64,000 nt of DNA from Octopus sinensis (GCF_006345805.1 NC_043010.1:64728001-64792000); one strand, 5' to 3'; positions 44,766-59,063 are shown, counted from the stretch's first letter. Made by a program: numbers and translations. Notes: generated by a model not told the origin, from the sequence alone.

Positions 44766-44825
<60 letters not shown>

Positions 44826-46090
44826 ACACACATACGCACACACACACACATATATATATATATACATACGAGGGGGTGTATGAAAAATCTTGAGCCTCAA
44901 AAAACAAAACATAGTACAAGACTTCAAGGTTCAAAACTGTTCATACACCCCTCATATATATATATATAGTTATATAATATTCATCGACGAGGTAAGTAAC
45001 GTTTTCTATTTAACAATATTATTTAACTTTTGAATTGTATTATGTTTGATCATTATTATTATTAATGTTGTTAAAGTACTAATTTTTATATATAATTCCT
45101 TGGTAATTATTAGTTGCTATATGTATATCTATTTATTTATTATGTTTATTACAACATTTATAATGTGATTTAGCGTATTACATATAATTTAATTTGAGAA
45201 ATAGTTTTGTAAAACAATATATTATTTAATAGTTAAGGGGGTCTATCTATAACGTAGCATTGCATTTAAGTAAATAAGTTTAATATTAATTGATAATTTG
45301 GTCAACTATATAATTGAGTAAAATATCAAATCTATAGATACTACATATATATATATAACATAGTTATATAATAGGTGTGTATATATTTGAACCATTTTCT
45401 ATTTATAATTCTAATATTTATAGCTTGTACTAGCATTATGTATATCACTTAACATGAAATTTTGTTAGTATACGTTACTTAATGATAATAAGATTTAACT
45501 TAGATGATTATTAAATAAATAACTTAATTAATAGATAATTTAATTTAATGTATATAGTTTAAATTATAGTATTTTAGTTTTCACTTAATGTTTATTTTGT
45601 ATTTTATATATATATATTTATTTGTTTTAAATAATCTAATTAATTGCATTTTATTTTCTAGTAATGATATATTATAGTTTTTTTATATATGTTAAAATTT
45701 TATTTTTAAAGATATGATATATATTTATACCACTTTTTCTCTTTTTTATTTATACATGAATATATTTGTGCAGCAATTTCCTATTTTAAAAGTTTGTATA
45801 TGTATATCTATAAATTTATTTAATTAATTATTTTATTGTTTTGATCTTTAACCTGAAGAGTGACTATATTTACATTGAATTGATTTTACTGTTATCATAT
45901 CTTAAATATAGCCACGAATCACGTATAGTTATTCTACCAAATACATACATTTTATTTATTATTTTACACATTACTTAATTATTGGTATATGTTTTATCTT
46001 ATGTTTAATTTTTCTATACGATGTAATTTTTTCTAAATGGCATAATTGAACTTTTTCATTGTTAAGTTGATAAAAGGTGTTTTTCTCTAA

Positions 46091-46156
<66 letters not shown>

Positions 46157-46260
46157 CATATTATATTTTGTGAAATCTGATTTAGTGTCTCAAAATTGAC
46201 ATTTTCCCTGTAAGTTCGGAATAATATTCCCTCATATTATTATTATTATTATTATTATTC

Positions 46261-46310
<50 letters not shown>

Positions 46311-46331
46311 ATTATTATTATTATCATTATT

Positions 46332-46380
<49 letters not shown>

Positions 46381-49300
46381 TATTCATATACACTTATTTA
46401 CGTATAAATATACATATATATATATATATACATCGACCCCAGTGTTCAACTGGTAGTTATTTAATCGTGCTCGAAAGAATGAAAGAAAAAGTCAACCCCA
46501 GCATCGTTTGAACTCAGAATGTGTAATTGTGCAGAAAAACCGCTAAGTACTATTACCAGCGAGGAAAAGACAACGCGGACCTCGGCGACAATTTGAACTC
46601 GGAATGTAAAGACGGAAGAAATTCCGCTAAGAACTTTTGCAGGACGTCCAAATGATTCCACTAGATTTCTTACGACGGTAAATGAGATGTCTTAGTGAGA
46701 AGTAAATATATAGTGTTTAGATTAGTGCATTCGATCTTCAACGTGATTGAGGGATTCATAGTTCGATTAATTAGGAATAAAATGAACATAAACAAGATGT
46801 ATTTTGGTTTCATTCGGGCGACAAGTACTACTGATCTTCTCTTTATTATGCAGCTAATGCAAAAGAAGTATTTAGTTAGTAAAATTTAAAATCCTCTACT
46901 TTGCATTTGTCACTCTAAAGAAAGATTTCAGCAGGGATTCCATTTCTTGATGTCGAGGTCGTAGCGGCCGCTTGTAAACAAATGGCTGTTGAGTGTCGTT
47001 CAAGACATGTACAAATATATATTCAGTAAGATGTGAGTTAACGAACACAATAATGAATTTAGTTTGGAGGTTGATGTTCGCCATGTCTCGGTTCTCAGCC
47101 TTTTTCTATTTACCAATGCTACATATTTTTCAAACTTTGTTCATGTATACAAACACATAAAATGTAGAGTGAAAGGAAGCTCACATACTCTGCTGGATGT
47201 GCAAAGTTAGTTTGCATGTATGACCAAAAATATGTCTTGAGAGAAAAATTGGGCATAAGAAGCATTAATGCACAGCAGAGAAAACGGAACTTGTAATGAC
47301 ATAGGACACGGATGAGTGACAACAACCGAATAAAGATGTGGCAAACACTAAAGTTGAATAAAACATTTGGAAGAAGACTCAGGAATATGTGGGATGAAGT
47401 AGTGAAGAGTGACTTCAAATTTTTTAACCTTACGGAGAAGATAGGAACCGAACGAGATTAATGGTGATGTGAAGTGCTAGAAGACCACTGCTCATCAAAG
47501 CAAAAATTAGATCCTATCATGCCTTACAACACAATTCATCTAACGGTCATCTTTCTGTCTATATTGCAACTGTGGTACAACTCGCTCAAGAGATGTGATA
47601 TCATTTATCCCCTATTTTTCATATTGTATGGTTACGACGGTCCCTTACGAATGCCTCCTCCTCATCCCGTACTCTCTATCACTCCTCCTCCTCTTTAACC
47701 TATTTCACTTCACCTCCAGCAAACTGATATTCATATCAAATACCTTCTTTAAACATCTATGAAACTGTTGACACACAAAAGTGCAGTTAACTAAATTGCA
47801 CCTTGTATCTTGAATGTACGCTCTCAACATCACTCCCTCTCTCTCTCTCTCTCTCTCACCAGCGGATGAAGCCATGTAATCACATCTTCAGCAAGATACC
47901 TATTCCTGTCTCTCTACCATACTTTCATATGCCTCAATACCGTACCCCATTTTGCTGAAGGTTCTTGCCTTGGAAAACTTGTTGACATCGCTAGTGCTGA
48001 TGCAACGACAAAAGCGCTCAGTACACATTGTAAAGTGCATCCTGTTAATAAGGGCATCCTGCTGTAGAAACCCTGTCAAAGCAGACACAATAGCTTGTCG
48101 CAGCCCTCTGCGCTCGTTGGGACACCTAGAACCGCACAAACGCTACCCACATACAGAACGGATGTCAAATGGCGATGGCGATGATGATGATACCTAGTCT
48201 CATTGAAATGAAGTTTTTAACATGGATGTTATAGCCTACCCCTTAGTTCAATCGATTTCTGTTTGTCTTCTTCAAGTCTTCTCATCTACCTTATATCTAT
48301 GATGTATATACACAGAGGTTGGACAAAATAATGCAAACGTCTAGTAGTATAGCATCAACATTTTGAAATATCTATAAAAATTTCAAAAAATTATTTTTCT
48401 ATATTTTCTGATTTATTATTATCGTCGCATAATATATTTTGCAAAAATTGCTGTTTCTTTTCAGTTACCATTAGAAAAAGGTAACTAAAATCCATTAAAA
48501 TAACAGATCTATTGGACTTTCAAAGAGGTCAAATTGTTGGTGCTCATATGACAGGTGCTAGCAAAACAAAAACAGCTGAAATGTTTGGTGTATCAAGAAG
48601 TACTATCCTGAAAGTATTGGCAGCCTTTGAGAAATGTTGAAAAAACTACTCGTCAAAACAAAACTCCGCAACCAAAACATTCAGATAGGAACTCTTGCAC
48701 GAATTGTTAGAATGGATCACAAAAGTACAGTTACTACAATTACTGTAGTGATTAATGACCATATTGGGAACCCTGATTCCACAAAAAACTGTTTGCAGGG
48801 CGCTGCACAAAGCCAGATTTCACGTGAGGGCTACAATGAGAAAACGACTTCTTTCGAAATAAAACGTCACAAAGTGTTTAGAGTGGAGTAAAAAGCTACA
48901 AATTGGTCCTTAGAGCACCCTTTCCCATACTTCCGACCACCGGTGGAGTATACGTGTGGAGAGAGCCAAAAGGAGCAAGAACCATTTGACCCAGACTGCT
49001 TTCTTCAAACTGTTAAACATGGAGGAATATCTGGCAGAATTAATAGTAAAGGCTATTTAAGCATTTTATCTCATCAAATTCCTCATATGGTTGCGGAAAA
49101 GTTTCCTGAGGGAAACACAATCTTTCAGGAAGATAATGCACCAATTCACACACCTAAAGTTGTTTCTGAACGGCAGGAATAAGATTCTAGTGAAATTGAA
49201 CAGTTTATCTGGTCAACAGAGTTCCCTTTATTGAGCGTTTATTGTGCATTTTATTAAAACATGTAAACAGTCGATACCTTACACTATATAATATCATCAC

Positions 49301-49443
49301 TACAAGAAATATAGATTGTTTTAGCTTAGGAATGGACAAAATTTCCTTTGGAAACAATTCAAACTTTGTACGAGTCCATACCTCGTAGAATTGAAGCTGT
49401 AATTACTACCAAAGGCGGTCCTACCCCATATTAAGATAATTTG

Positions 49444-49518
<75 letters not shown>

Positions 49519-49530
49519 TGTCTTACATAG

Positions 49531-49600
<70 letters not shown>

Positions 49601-50935
49601 GTAAATAATACATATATATGTATAAATACATACACATACATCCATACATATATACAGCATACATAAAAACGCATGCAACCCACATATCTCAATATGAATT
49701 CACGAAGTATTTAATGAATGAAAGTTTGGAAAGTATATTGTTTATAAACCTGTATAGTCCCCGTCTCAATTACCACGTTAATGAGATAAAGTAAGAATCA
49801 GATACAGAGATTTAAACATATTTTTATGAAATGTATTATAGTTTCGTATCATACTTTGTTGACAATAGTAGCCTTTATATCCAGCAGAACATCCATCTGA
49901 GCATTCTCCAGTTATTCTGTCGCAGTTTTCGTTGTCGATACAATGACATGTCCCTCTACAATTCTTACCAAATCTACCAGCTTCACATTCTGAAAATATT
50001 AATATAAAACACAATAGGTTAGATATTATTAGCTCCACACAATAAAAGTTATGGCTGTAAGAGTTCTCTTCTACAAATATATGTGAGACATCAATGATAC
50101 GCTTTTTTATAATCTTATCTTAAAACATAACTTATGAGTTAATGTTGAAGTAGTTTTTGATAATAAATAAGAAAGTTGATTTACGCTAAGAAACACTAAA
50201 TGAAATGTAGGGAATTTAAAAATGTTGGAATAAAAAGTATTGGAAATAACCTTCTTGGCAGTTGTATTCGGTGTATCCTGCATTACAGTCACCTGGACAC
50301 GATCCATTTATGTGATTACATGTTGCGTGACAATGACATTTCTTTGCGCAATTGCGACCAAATTTACCGATGGGACATTCTGAAATAATAAAAAAACCTT
50401 AGCCATAGATTGCTATTATAAGAGTTTTATGGTATCTTATAGATGACTCAGTATGTCAGATATTGTTATTTCTTTTAGCATCACAGACACTAGATAGAGA
50501 TGAATATATACTTGATTCCTCATTGTATTTCAACGTGGATCAATGAAATGTCACTACAGATAATAAGATGAAAGTATTCGCGTAAAATAAAATCCGATGA
50601 AATATCAAATATAGATAAGTATAGAGAACACGAGCAGACAAGCGACTTCCTTCAACAACTTTTGCATAAGTCGTCTCCCTATATCAGAAATGGTGTTCAA
50701 TGGTGATAGTTTGAATGAAAGTTTGGTAAGAAGATTGCTTCCCAACCATATGGATCCGGGCTCAGTCCCACTGCATGGCAACTTGTGCATCTGTCTTCTA
50801 TTATAGCGTCGGACCGACCAAAGCCTTGATAGTGGACTTGGTAGGCGGAAACTGAACGATGGCATCGAATACATGCATACATACACACACACACACACAC
50901 ACACAGATAAATATATATGTATATACATAAATACA

Positions 50936-51020
<85 letters not shown>

Positions 51021-52017
51021 ATATATTTTAATCAAGAAGTACTGTCCTGGAAGTAATGCATCCTTTGAGAAAGTGGGAAAATCGTCGTCGAAACAAAACT
51101 CCGGAAGAGAACCAAAGATTTCAGATAGGGACTCCTACGCGAATTGTTAGAATGGATCAAGAAAGTACAGTTCCCAAAATTCCTGCAGAGCTTAAGGACC
51201 ACCTTGAGAACCCTGTTTCCACAAAAACTGTTCGCTGGGAGCTGCACAAAACCGGATTTCACGGGAGTGCTTATTCAGAAAACCACTACTTTCAAAAACA
51301 AACGTCGCAAAGTGTTTAGAGTGGAGTAAAAAACTCCAGAATTGGTGCCTAGAGCATCCTTTACCTTATTTCCGCCCACCGGTCGAGTATACGTGTGGAG
51401 AGAGCAAAAAGAAGCGAGAAGCATTTGACCCAGACTACCTTCTTCCAACTGTTAAATATGGAGGAGTATCTGTGATGATCTGGGGTGGGGATGCATCGTG
51501 GAAATTCTCCGGCCCAATTGTTTCCCTTCATGGCAGAATTAATAGTGAAGGCTATTTAAGCATTTTATCTAATCAAAGTCATCCTATGGTTGCTCAACTG
51601 TTTCCTGAGAGAAACGGAATCTTTCAGAATGATAATGCACCAATTCACACAACTAAAGTTGTTACTGAATGGCAGGAAAAACATTCTAGTGAAGTTGAAC
51701 AGTTCATCAGGTCACCAGAGTCCCCAGATCTCAATATTATTGAGCATTCGATGTGCATGTTATAAAAACATGCAAAGAGTCAATATCCTCCACCGTATCG
51801 ATATCATCACAAGAAATGGAGATTATTTTAGCTGAGGAATGGACAAAAATTCCTTTGGAAACAATTCAAACTTTGTACGAGTCCATAACTCGTAGAATTG
51901 AAGGTGTAATTACTGTCAAAGGCGGTCCTACCCCATATTAAGATAATTTGTTTAAAAGTTCCATTATTTTATCCAACCCCTGTATTTATGTATACAAAGA
52001 CACACACACACACACAT

Positions 52018-52068
<51 letters not shown>

Positions 52069-52091
52069 TGTGTTATATATAGGTATGTGTA

Positions 52092-52142
<51 letters not shown>

Positions 52143-52672
52143 AAATATTAGGGAATAAATCCAAACTTACAGGGAAAAATCAGATTTAGGATTAAATCCA
52201 ATTTTATAGTATAAATATATTATATTATATTATATTAAATTAGAGATAAAACCACTATTGGGCAAATCAAACAATTAAAAACATAAGCCAATACATAAAA
52301 TTAATTAATTTATATTATTTTAAAATATCAAAAGTATTGTAAGATTAATAAATGATAAAGAATAACACTACGATCGTTTCATGGCTGTACAATTCATAAT
52401 AATTCGAGTTACAGTCAATCTTCAGGTGAATTAAATATTTATCTCAGCGAGGTTTAGCAATGAACTGATATAAATATTTAATTCACATGACGATTGACTG
52501 TAACTCGAATTATTATGAATTGTACAGCAATGAAACGATCGTAGTGTTATTCTTTATCATTTATTAATCTTACAATACTTTTGATATTTAAAAATAATAT
52601 AAATTAATTAATTTTATGTATTGACTTATGTTTTTCATTGTTTGATTTGCCTAATAGTGGTTTTATCTCTAA

Positions 52673-52736
<64 letters not shown>

Positions 52737-55700
52737 GTATTTATATATACACACATATATATATATTTGATGGCTTCCCCGTTGTTATCGAGTATGGCCA
52801 TTGCATGAAGCTTAACTGTTATTGGTGCTGTGATCGAATGTGACTTTTTAGCCCAGTTAAAAATGTACAGTCTTGTACAAAACTGTAAGCTAAAACCTTT
52901 ACCGGCTCTAGTTGTAACTGGGCTTCATGTACCTTTGCATGTCATTTAAGTCCTCCTGCCGAATTACACTCTCTTCCACATGCCTGACAGATATGATTAG
53001 TATGGTGTGTAACACCACCACCAGTGGCCAGGTTGTTACTCATCTGTCTCGCTCTATGACTACGAAGATGACTCTTGAGTCCAGCTTTACTGAGGCAGGT
53101 TCTTGCACAGACACTTTATGTCAGCATCATAGTGAGACCCTTCCCATCTGGAAATGTAACAGCGATGCCTTTCCTGACATCCCTCCTTACTTTCCCATCC
53201 GCAACTCGAGATTTCTCAAAAGTAGCTGTCCCCTCATGCACAATCCTTCTCCAACTGCTACGATCAATAGCTATTCCCTCTCATGTGTCAGGAGAGATGC
53301 AAGCATCTCTTAAGGAAGCCTTCAGAAAGTCCTTATACCTCTTTTTTGGTTTATGTGGAGGTCGTTCTCCTTTAGCTAACTCTCCATAAAAGAGTCGTTT
53401 TGGCATCCTTGAATCCTTCATCCTGACTAGATGACTACACCATCTGAGCCTTTGCTTTAACACAAGAGCTTCTATACTTTCGCACCGAGAGCCTTCCAAT
53501 AAATTCAAGATCACTGATGCGGTCCTCCCACTTAATGCCATAGATCCGTTTGAGACACATCTGATGGAAACGGTCTAGTTGCTTAAGGTGGTATCGATAT
53601 GTGACCCACGTCTCGCATGCATAGAGAAGAGAAGGGAGCACACATGCCTTGTACACCTTTATCTTTCTGCATATGTCTCGCCGACTTCAGAGGCGCCTTT
53701 CTAGCCTTCCGAAAGTATCACTTGCTTTCCTAATTCTGTATGGAATTTCATCATCCTATTAACTATATCTATTAACAGTGCTTCCCAGGTAGACAAACTG
53801 ATCAACTACATCAAGTCGTTTACCGTACACTTAGATATTTGGTACACTATACTGCTTACCAGGAGCAGGTTGGTACATGACAACAGTCTTCTTAAGACTG
53901 ACAGACAATCCTAATGCAGTACAAACATCGGAAAATGCATTCAAAATGTGTTGCATATCAATCTGTGTGTGCTACAAAATCAAAATTATCTGCATACAAA
54001 AGGTCTCTTATGATAGAGGTAAATACTTTTGTCTTTGCAGCAAAGCGCCTGATATTAAATATGTTGCCAGAGGTTCGATAATGGATGTCAACACCATATC
54101 TGCAGTTTCTGAATGCAATACAGAAATCAATCGCAAAATATATGGCAAATAGTGTCAGTGCCAGAATATCCCCGTTTCACTCCATTTTGTATTGAAATGG
54201 GCTCCGACATTTTCCCTCTAACATTAACCTTACCCTTCATGTCTTCATGAAAAGACCTAATCAAAGCAAGGAACTTTGCAGGACACCCACGTTTATGGAG
54301 GAGTTTCCACAATGCTTTTCTATTAACGGTATCAAAGGCTTTTGTCAGATCAACAAAAACCTGATACAAATCTAGACCCTCTTCCACACACTTCTGAAGC
54401 TGTCTAGCTGAAAAGATCATATCAGCAGTTCCACGTCCCACATGAAAGCCAGACTGACTTTCTGGAAGAACACAGTCTGCAACGTGTTTCAACAGACGAT
54501 CCAGAAGTACCCTGCATAAAACCTTTCCTACGACAGAAAGCAAAGATATTCCCTTATAGTTATCACAATCATTCCTGCTGCCCTTTCCTTTATGCAAGAC
54601 CACCATTACTGTATCTCTCCAGTCCTCAGGTATAGATTCACTAGTCCATATCTTACCAAACAAAGAGTAAAATTGCCGTAGAGGTTTCTCACCACCATGC
54701 TGTAACAACTCCGCATGTATGCCATCCATACCCGCAGATTTCCCGTTATTCATCCTTGAGACAGCCACTGCAACTTCCTCCAACTTTGGTGGTTCTGCGA
54801 GTGCTGCCTTCACGGGTAATACAGGGATGAGATAGAGAACATCCTCACTAACTACAGACTGCTGCTTCAAAAGTTCATCAAAGTGTTCTTGCCACATTCG
54901 CAGAATTCCTTGTGAATCACGAAGAAGTTCTTTACCATCCCTGCTTCGAAGTGGTGTCATCAGCGAAGAACACGGTCCATAAACTTCTCGCAAGAGATCA
55001 TACAACAGCTTTGTGTTATTGGAATCTGACACCACCTGTATCTCATCAGCCCTCTGAGAGAGCCTTTGCCTCAGTCGTGATTTTACATCCTTGATTTCCC
55101 TATGCAGCACTTCTCTTTCCTGTGGCTTTGCTGACAAATAGCGTGACAAAGTTCGTCTTTTATCAGCCAATAAATATTCTATATGTTCATCATTTTCTTT
55201 AAACCGATCTTGAGGCTTTCTTTGCATCAATCCCAGAACTTTCTTGCCTATATCATAAACTGACTTTTTAAGGGTCGGCCAATCCTCCCCAATATCTGCA
55301 GCATTCATTTCGTCTCGTAAAGTTCTCTTCACACTATTATACCTAAGACGATCAACATTCAGTCTTTTAGGCAGAGTAATCCCTGCAGCCTGGATTTTAT
55401 GTTTTGTGACTAATTTCACTTTTGCACGTACTAGGCGGTGGTCAGTACAACACTCAGCTCCACGAAGAACACGAACACACTGCACATCTTGTCTGTCACG
55501 CACCCTAACAAAGATGTAATCCAGAAATGCCATTCTTTAGACGCATGTGGTCTTAAACTTATTCTTTTGTTGAAACATGGTATTGGTAACACACAGACGC
55601 AGTTCCTCACACATCTGCAGCTGAAGCATACCATTACTATAACACTTTCCCACCCCATGCTTTCCAGTTACAGTCCATGTGTTAAAATCCCTACCCACTC

Positions 55701-56348
55701 TAGCATTAAAGTCACTCAGTATGATGACTGTGCCTGCTCGAGGGATATTTCTTATAATGCCCTTCAAAGCATGGTAGAAAGAAATTTTTTTATCATCAGT
55801 ATAGCACATAGTGAGCATAAACACTCACCAAGGTCACAAAATTTCCTTTAACCAAAGGAATTCTCATGGACATAAGACGCTCGTTAATTCCGACTGGGAA
55901 TTCTTCCAACTTGTTCACAAGAGTATTCGTAACAGCCAATGCCACTTCAGGTTCTCCTCTAAACACCCCACTTCTCCCTTTCCAAAAGAATGTATATTTC
56001 CCACAAGATTCTGTAAGGTGACCATCTCCAGGTAATCTCAGCTCTGATAAAGCAACGATGTCAAGATCATAGCGTTAAAGCTCCTTCGCAACAAGCGCAG
56101 TCCTTCGTTCAGGACATTCAGAGGACTTGCAGCCAAGCAGTGTCTGTGCATTGCAACAGCCAATATTCAATATTTTATTTGGTTCTATCACAGTAGCATG
56201 ATGATGGTCGGATTCACACTGTGATGCTCTGGAGCCACTGCCGGGCCAGAATCTTTCATCTGTTGTGGTTCCACTGTCCTTACTGCCATTACTGTTTTGG
56301 TACATCATTGATTATTTGCTTTTTAAGGCTGCAGCCAGCCATTCAGTT

Positions 56349-56407
<59 letters not shown>

Positions 56408-56512
56408 GGGAGAGTTTAGGAGAAGAAACAAAAGACAAAGACAAGTGGTGTACAAAACAAACAGATGTATTAGTATAACGCTCAGGAATAGAAAAAGTCT
56501 TTTACGTTTCAA

Positions 56513-56549
<37 letters not shown>

Positions 56550-57568
56550 GATATATGTATATACATATATACATCTATATACAAGTATATACATATATAC
56601 ATATAGATATATGTATATACATATATACATCTATATACAAGTATATACATATATATACAAGTATATACGTATATATACAAGTATATACATAAATACGTAT
56701 ACGTACATCCATACATATATACAGTATACATAAAAACGCATGCAACCCACATATCTCAAAATGAATGCACGAAAATATGTTGGTTTAAAACCTGTATAGT
56801 CTCCGTACCCATTACCACGTTAATGAGATAAAAGGAAACATAAAATAAGAATCAGATGCAGAGATTTAAACATATTTTTATGAAATGTATCATAGTTTCA
56901 TATTATACTTTTTTGACAAAAGGATCCTGTATATCCAGCAGAACATCCATCTGAGCATTTTCCAGTTATTCTGTCGCACTTTTTCTTGTTTATACAATGA
57001 CATGTTCCTGTACAATTGCTACCAAATCTACCAACTTCACATTCTGAAAATATTAATACAAAACGCAATAGGTCAGATATTATTAGCTCCACACAATAAA
57101 AGTTATGGCTGTAAGAGCTCTCATCTACAAATATATGAGAGATATCAAAGACACGCCTTTATTCCTCATTGTATTTCAACGTGGATCAATAAAATGTCAC
57201 TATAGATAATAAGATGAAATTATTCGCGTAAAATGAAATCCGATGAAATATCAAATATTGATAATTATAGGGAATCACGAGAAGACAAAGGACTTCTTTC
57301 AGCAACTTTTGCATACGTCGCCTCCCTATACCAGAAATGGTGTTCAATGGTGATAGAGTTATTAATGAATGAAAGTTTGGTAAGAAGATTGCTTCCCAAC
57401 CATATGGATCCGGGTTCAGTCCCACTGCATGGCAGGTTGTGTATACGTCTCCTATTATAGTGTCGGGTTGACCAAAGCCTTGGTAGTGAATTTGGTAGGC
57501 AGAAACTGAAAGAAGGCAGTCGAATACATGCATGCACACACACCTAATTATATATGTACTTACATAAG

Positions 57569-57640
<72 letters not shown>

Positions 57641-58760
57641 TATATGAATAAATAAATGGAGTTTAACGCAGGTGTAATCAAATATTTTTACTTTCGACAC
57701 ATGTTTCGAAAATTCCACTGATACTATTCAAAAGAATAAATGGTATAAACAATGCAATCTTCTCATCAGGAAAGTGAAAAACACGAACCTCGTCAAAAAG
57801 ACATTTTAGCAAAAAATGATGGATTTGTATAGCGATTGACAGAACGCTATTAATATTGTTTAAAAAAACGTTATATGATATAATGTCATAAGTAGCTAAC
57901 AGAAAGAGTAGGGATATTAACAGTGAGTGTTAAATATAAAGGAAATTAAAGTTTAAATTATATATAACGATAGAGACTATATATATGCACTAAATGTATG
58001 TTTTTGCCAATGCTTACAACTGTATGCTCGCTCTATAACTGTGTTTACTAGAGTATTTTTAGAAAAAATAATGAAAACAAGGTAAAAATAATGTTAACAA
58101 GGTAAAAATACACTCATCTATTTATATACATATATATATATAATTAAATAAGGGTAGAAATTGATATTAATCAATTAAAACCAGTGGCCTGGCATATTTT
58201 AAAGAATCCGAAGATTAGAAATTTTTTTCATACAAAATTTAGACGACTGGCCACTAAAGCTGGACAGCCTATACGCTAGATATAGACGTCAAAATCGTCA
58301 TTTTCCACGAAGAATGTGTTCTCAAGATTAAACTCAGCAAAAAACCAAAGTGTAAAAATAAGCAAGACAAATGAAAATATACGAAATAAAAAACGATTAC
58401 ATATGTACTAATTACTTTCACTTGTTAAAATTTTTGTATATGGATACGCAAACATCTGCAACATCATCAGCATAGTCTGTCGTTTACAAAACACAATTTC
58501 CAGAACTAGATACAGAACGCTCAACCGAAATCCAGCATGCATAATGTTCTACAAATTATATTTTTTTAGTATCTTTCAAAAATTATCGTTGAAGAATGGA
58601 CAATATTTCCTTTGGAAACAATGCAAACCTTGTACAAGTTCATACCTTGTAGAATTGAAGCTGTAATTACTGCCAAAGTCCTTCTTACCCCATTTTATGA
58701 TAATTTGTTTAAAATTTCACGGTGTTTCCATTATTTTGTCCAACCCCTCTATTTATCTAT

Positions 58761-58821
<61 letters not shown>

Positions 58822-59025
58822 AGCTATATATATGTGTGTATTACATAGATATCTATGTATATACATATTATATACATACACACACACACACACACATATA
58901 TATAGACATATATATATAAGCATTAATACATATACATATTTGTATATACATACATATATATTATATGTATATACATACATATACATATATATATGTGTAT
59001 ATATATATACATGCACACACACACA

Positions 59026-59063
<38 letters not shown>

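Larger units (their letters stand above)
30603..44768. repeat. Tandem segmental duplication, copy B (~14.2 kb)
   Basis: As above; begins and ends at (CA)n(TA)n tracts. Confidence 0.97.

Noticed and set aside
54127-55533. 468 aa ORF as a host gene or active retrotransposon
   Set aside because: Internal piece of an RTE LINE broken by frameshifts and stops on both sides.
56405-56516. Further hammerhead candidates (GAAACGUA on the minus strand here; CUGAGGA..GAAU at ~60470-60500)
   Set aside because: The first is truncated before any CUGANGA; the second lacks convincing stems.
56520-56720. Regularly spaced short repeats (atacaagtatatac) and direct repeats at ~18865-19270 as a CRISPR-like array
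   Set aside because: Eukaryotic context, no unique spacers and no cas genes; a degenerate minisatellite and internal repeats of a probable non-autonomous element.
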